From assembly GCA_024137785.1 (NCBI GenBank), contig JAHRHZ010000098.1, forward strand, positions 24,480,309 through 24,544,308: 64,000 nucleotides of DNA, written 5' to 3'. The translations under genes and the position numbers were made by a program. Below are positions 60,383 through 64,000 of this stretch, one piece after another (the stretch's first letter is position 1; each line of letters begins with the position of its first letter). The stretch is from Ginglymostoma cirratum. Lineage: Eukaryota. The notes under the pieces were generated by a model that was not told where the DNA came from, searched no databases, and saw only the letters and a list, made by a program, of their open reading frames with translations.

Positions 60383-61744
60383 TCATTAGCCACCTTCAGA
60401 TTTGTTGCTGCTTGATTTCTATTGGCTGTCCCTGAGTTAGGAGCTTTTGGATATTTGTATACCGAATACTCATTATCCCTGGGGAATTGGGACATGAACA
60501 TCCTCTGAAAATCCAAAAACATGGATACTTCAACAGCATAAATCTCTTACCTACCACAAAGGACTGCAGGATCAGAGTCAATGAGTCTTGGAAAATATAA
60601 TTGGGCCTGAGGCTTTTATGTGGATCAGTGGGTAGCGCACTAACAAAGAGCAAATGTATTGCTATTTAAAGTTTCTGAAGTCGACAGGGACTGATGTGGC
60701 ATATGATGAAGGTCTTTGTTCTGCAATCAAGCATCCTGCTCAGATTATTTGCTCACTGTTATGGGTGTGGTGACTGCTATTTGTCTTGTCCTGCAGCAAG
60801 ACAGAGGGAATGAGCAAAGGTAACACAGAGGAGAACAAGCTGCTTGAAGACTGGGGAAATACTCTTATCAGTAGGGCCAAATATACCTAGAGTGTTCAGG
60901 GAGCAATTCACTTCCCTCAGCATCATTGAGAAGCAGTGAGTGCAAAGAATTCACTAATGATCTGCTCGCTGAAATCAGAATATCAGAAAAGGTGATTGTG
61001 GCCAATCATCAATGAGTTTTTTTCTGAATAAGACTCCTTCTAGGCTGGAGCAGGTGACATTGACAGGGTCTCCCAGTTTACCATTCATTGTTCTATTGAG
61101 GATATCACTGAGGCTCTGTAAGCAGACACAGCTAACTTCATTGCACTCCGTCTTGCCAGAGGCAAGTGCATGGATCAAGCAGAAGGCTTCAGCGTGATAG
61201 CACTGACTATGTCAGGAATTACAGATTGGAACACTGCCAAAGGAACCCAAAGTGTATCCTGCACTAAGGCCAAAGAAGATTTGATGCTAATATGAGTTTT
61301 GACCGCAGAATAATGAATTCATAGCTGTAGTAATGAGATAGTAATGTGTATCATAATGTGTCAGCTGTCATGTGCAGGAGTCTGAAAAAGAGAGATCGAA
61401 TAGTCTGTATGAGAGAGATAGACGTGTAGAATTTACTATAGGTTCAACTTCAGTACAAGTTGCATTGAGATTTTTGGATGGATTTTCACCAATAGGCTTA
61501 GTGAGATTTTTTTCCCATATGTTACCGAACATGCTACCAAACACATGTTACCAAAATGTACCCACTATGCTGCAACAAACACAATTCTGTCCCTATTTTA
61601 CTACATGCCATTCCTGGAATAACTCACTATTAATCCAATATCTGCTAAAGGACCTGCACCGTGGCACTTCTGTTTGCCAGTATCCACCTGGATGAGCGCT
61701 GGCATTCTGAAGCCATCTTGTTTGGTCAAGCTTAGAGTTTGAAC

Positions 61745-62700
61745 ATGTCGGAGATGGGGAAGATACTGCTGCCATTTTCTGATTGCAACCTGGAGGTCCT
61801 GGTGGGTGTGGTCGTGCAAACGAGGGGCATGTTCTTCCTGGAGGACTAATAGATGAGGACCACGCTACCAAACCCCGCCAGCCTGGTCTACAGTGCCATC
61901 TCAACAGAATGGAGGATTGGCCATCAGTGCAATAAGAAATTCAATGACCTTCTTTGCTCAGCCAGGGTAAGTGCTATACTCTTCCATCTCTTACATAAAC
62001 CTCTGTTACTACGCCCATGTCCTCCCATGCTAATAATTGCCTTGAGCATCTTCCCTCAATCCCTTCACCTGCCCCCAACCTCCCACACTACTAACCATCA
62101 TGGCCTCTGCGCTGCCTACTGACTCACCCAGGACACCTCTTCAGCTCTTGACACCTCCACCAACACTAACCATCCACTTTCATCTCACTCAATCTTTCTC
62201 TTCCTTTCATTCCAGGAGAAGACAGCCCACAAAAGGGCAGAAAGGGCTGGTGGACGACAGTTCAAAATTTGATTCCTCAGCCCCTATGAGGGGAGAATCC
62301 TGTCCCTCGTGGGAAAAGACCAGGATTGTTCCTGCAGGTATAGTGAGACATTCATGTCCGAGCAATTGAGCAAGTCTCACTCTGCAGTCCATGGCTACTC
62401 TTACAGTAACCACAGTAACCTCACTGTGAGGACCATTCATTGCACACTTCTAACCACTGGCCACAACGATTCTCTCCTTTATCTCTTGCAGGTTCTGGCA
62501 CCATGGCCACTGGATCTGGGCAGAATCGGCCAGCTTCAGCAAGCACCTCCTCAATCTCTGACGACATCAGTATGGAAGCCTCAGAAGAGGCATCAGCAAG
62601 GCAGCCTCTTGCAAGACCCCCACACCCACCTACTCAGATGGGAACGTTAGTGTTAGAAAGTTCGAGAATACCTCACTGCGACTGCTCTGCAGTTGGCTGA
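61745..62700 (+). mobile_element. Harbinger/PIF DNA transposon relic (intron-containing Myb/SANT-like ORF)
   Basis: FSDCNLEVLV, QCNKKFNDLLCSAR|gtaag, then ccag|EKTAHKRAERAGG..LSPYEGRILSLVGKD with stops and frameshifts. Confidence 0.6.
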
Positions 62701-64000
62701 GGAAGAGGTTCCCCATTCAGAGGAAAGCTGGAGTCCAGGCACCCTCTCAGTCCCAGGCAGGAGGGGAGCCTGTGGTGTCAATAATCAGACTCTATGTCTG
62801 TGTGCACTGGAAGGAACACCTTTGTGGGGTGCATTGGCCATTTTTGCCCTGAAGCTGCAGCAGCAACAGTACTACCCTTTCCAGTGTCTGTCTGCCTCTT
62901 TAGACAAGTTAATGGCTGTCATAGCTAGTTAGGTGCAGCACACTCAGGCTGCTGTATATGCCTCTGTAATTGGGTCCTCAGAGGTTGAGGAGTTGCAGTG
63001 GAATGAAGAGTGGGACCTCCTCAGTTGGTGTGTCATGGATGTCTCACTATCCCTGCAGGATGAGATAATCCTTCCTCACAAGGAGACAGGGTGGTCCCTG
63101 CTGCATCTGGAAACAAAAGGAACAAGGTGTATACAGGGCAGTGGGTCTTATGGGCCCTTGTCCTAAAACAACCCTATTCTTTTCTTGGTCTCTGTATTCA
63201 AAAGTATTGGTGTGAATGTGTTCATCAATGATATTTGGACAGGGAGGAACAAGGCAAACAGGGAGCCAGTGTATTAGGATAGTCAGGAATGAGGGACTCT
63301 GCAGGTCTGTGTCCTGTGCAATGCTTGGGTCTGTGTGTAATGTTCATTCTCTTCAAAGGGCTTTACATGGGTGTCTTGCAGCTCCCTCCCTCATAAGTCA
63401 CAACACTTACCCTGCCCTCTGTGAGTATGGTCACAGCCATTTTTTTTCTCCATTGCATACTGTCGATTTCCAGCACGCTGATAGTGAGGACTTTTTGGGT
63501 CAGTGGTTTTCAGCCTCCACCTCTACGTGCTGGTGATGCCCCAAACATCCAGAGAACCACTCTGTTAGTCTTTCCTATAAATCCCACAGGCTTTGCATCT
63601 TCCCAGATCTCCAGCCAATCCATCTACACAAGCCTGCAACTGCCTGCCTTACCCCACCAGCAGCTGGTATACTATGTGGGCACCCTTGAATCCAGGATGC
63701 TCCTGACTGTGGACTAAACTCCCGTCCTGCATGAGCTCTTCTCATCTATGCATTACCATATCCCCATGACAAACACTGTTGGCCCCTTCACAGTTGTCAT
63801 AACCCCCTTTCCCCTCAGTCTGCAGTCTCCAATCCCAAAGGATAGGTTTCTGACTCTCTTTCCCATGGTAGAAGCCCGGCCTGTATTTACCTGCACCCCC
63901 TCAACCATCACTTTGTCCCCTTCCTTTCCGCGACAGATTAACCACGGCCCACACCCTTGAGTGACTAATCAGGACGGCCCTGACTGAGAAGTGCCAGAAC

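Overview
Vertebrate genomic DNA; the repeat content (HE1-like V-SINEs, CR1, Neptune-type Penelope elements) points to a shark or other elasmobranch. The window holds one complete protein-coding gene, PRODH (mitochondrial proline dehydrogenase 1), on the minus strand. It has 14 coding exons from ATG 41323 to TAG 3399, 1827 nt / 608 aa, all introns GT-AG with consistent phases, a probable ~3.2 kb 3' UTR, and a CCAAT-box promoter. The rest is transposon-derived: CR1, Rex1/Babar, tRNA-SINEs, a Mag-like Gypsy element, a Gmr1-like Gypsy relic and a Harbinger relic. Three observations stand out. (1) About a dozen minimal hammerhead-ribozyme motifs or fragments belong to three Penelope-like families; most insertions are two-armed inverted structures with one 33-nt-tailed end, several with 11-16 bp target-site duplications (TSDs), and range from 4 kb down to ~110 bp. 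(2) A TSD-flanked, polyadenylated retrocopy in PRODH intron 2 consists of tandem tRNA-Lys + tRNA-Thr heads fused to a Tx1-like LINE 3' end, a candidate new dimeric SINE. (3) A diverged ~210 bp duplication in the PRODH 3' UTR shows substitutions that look codon-constrained on the opposite strand. All family assignments come from motif recognition by eye, not database searches.
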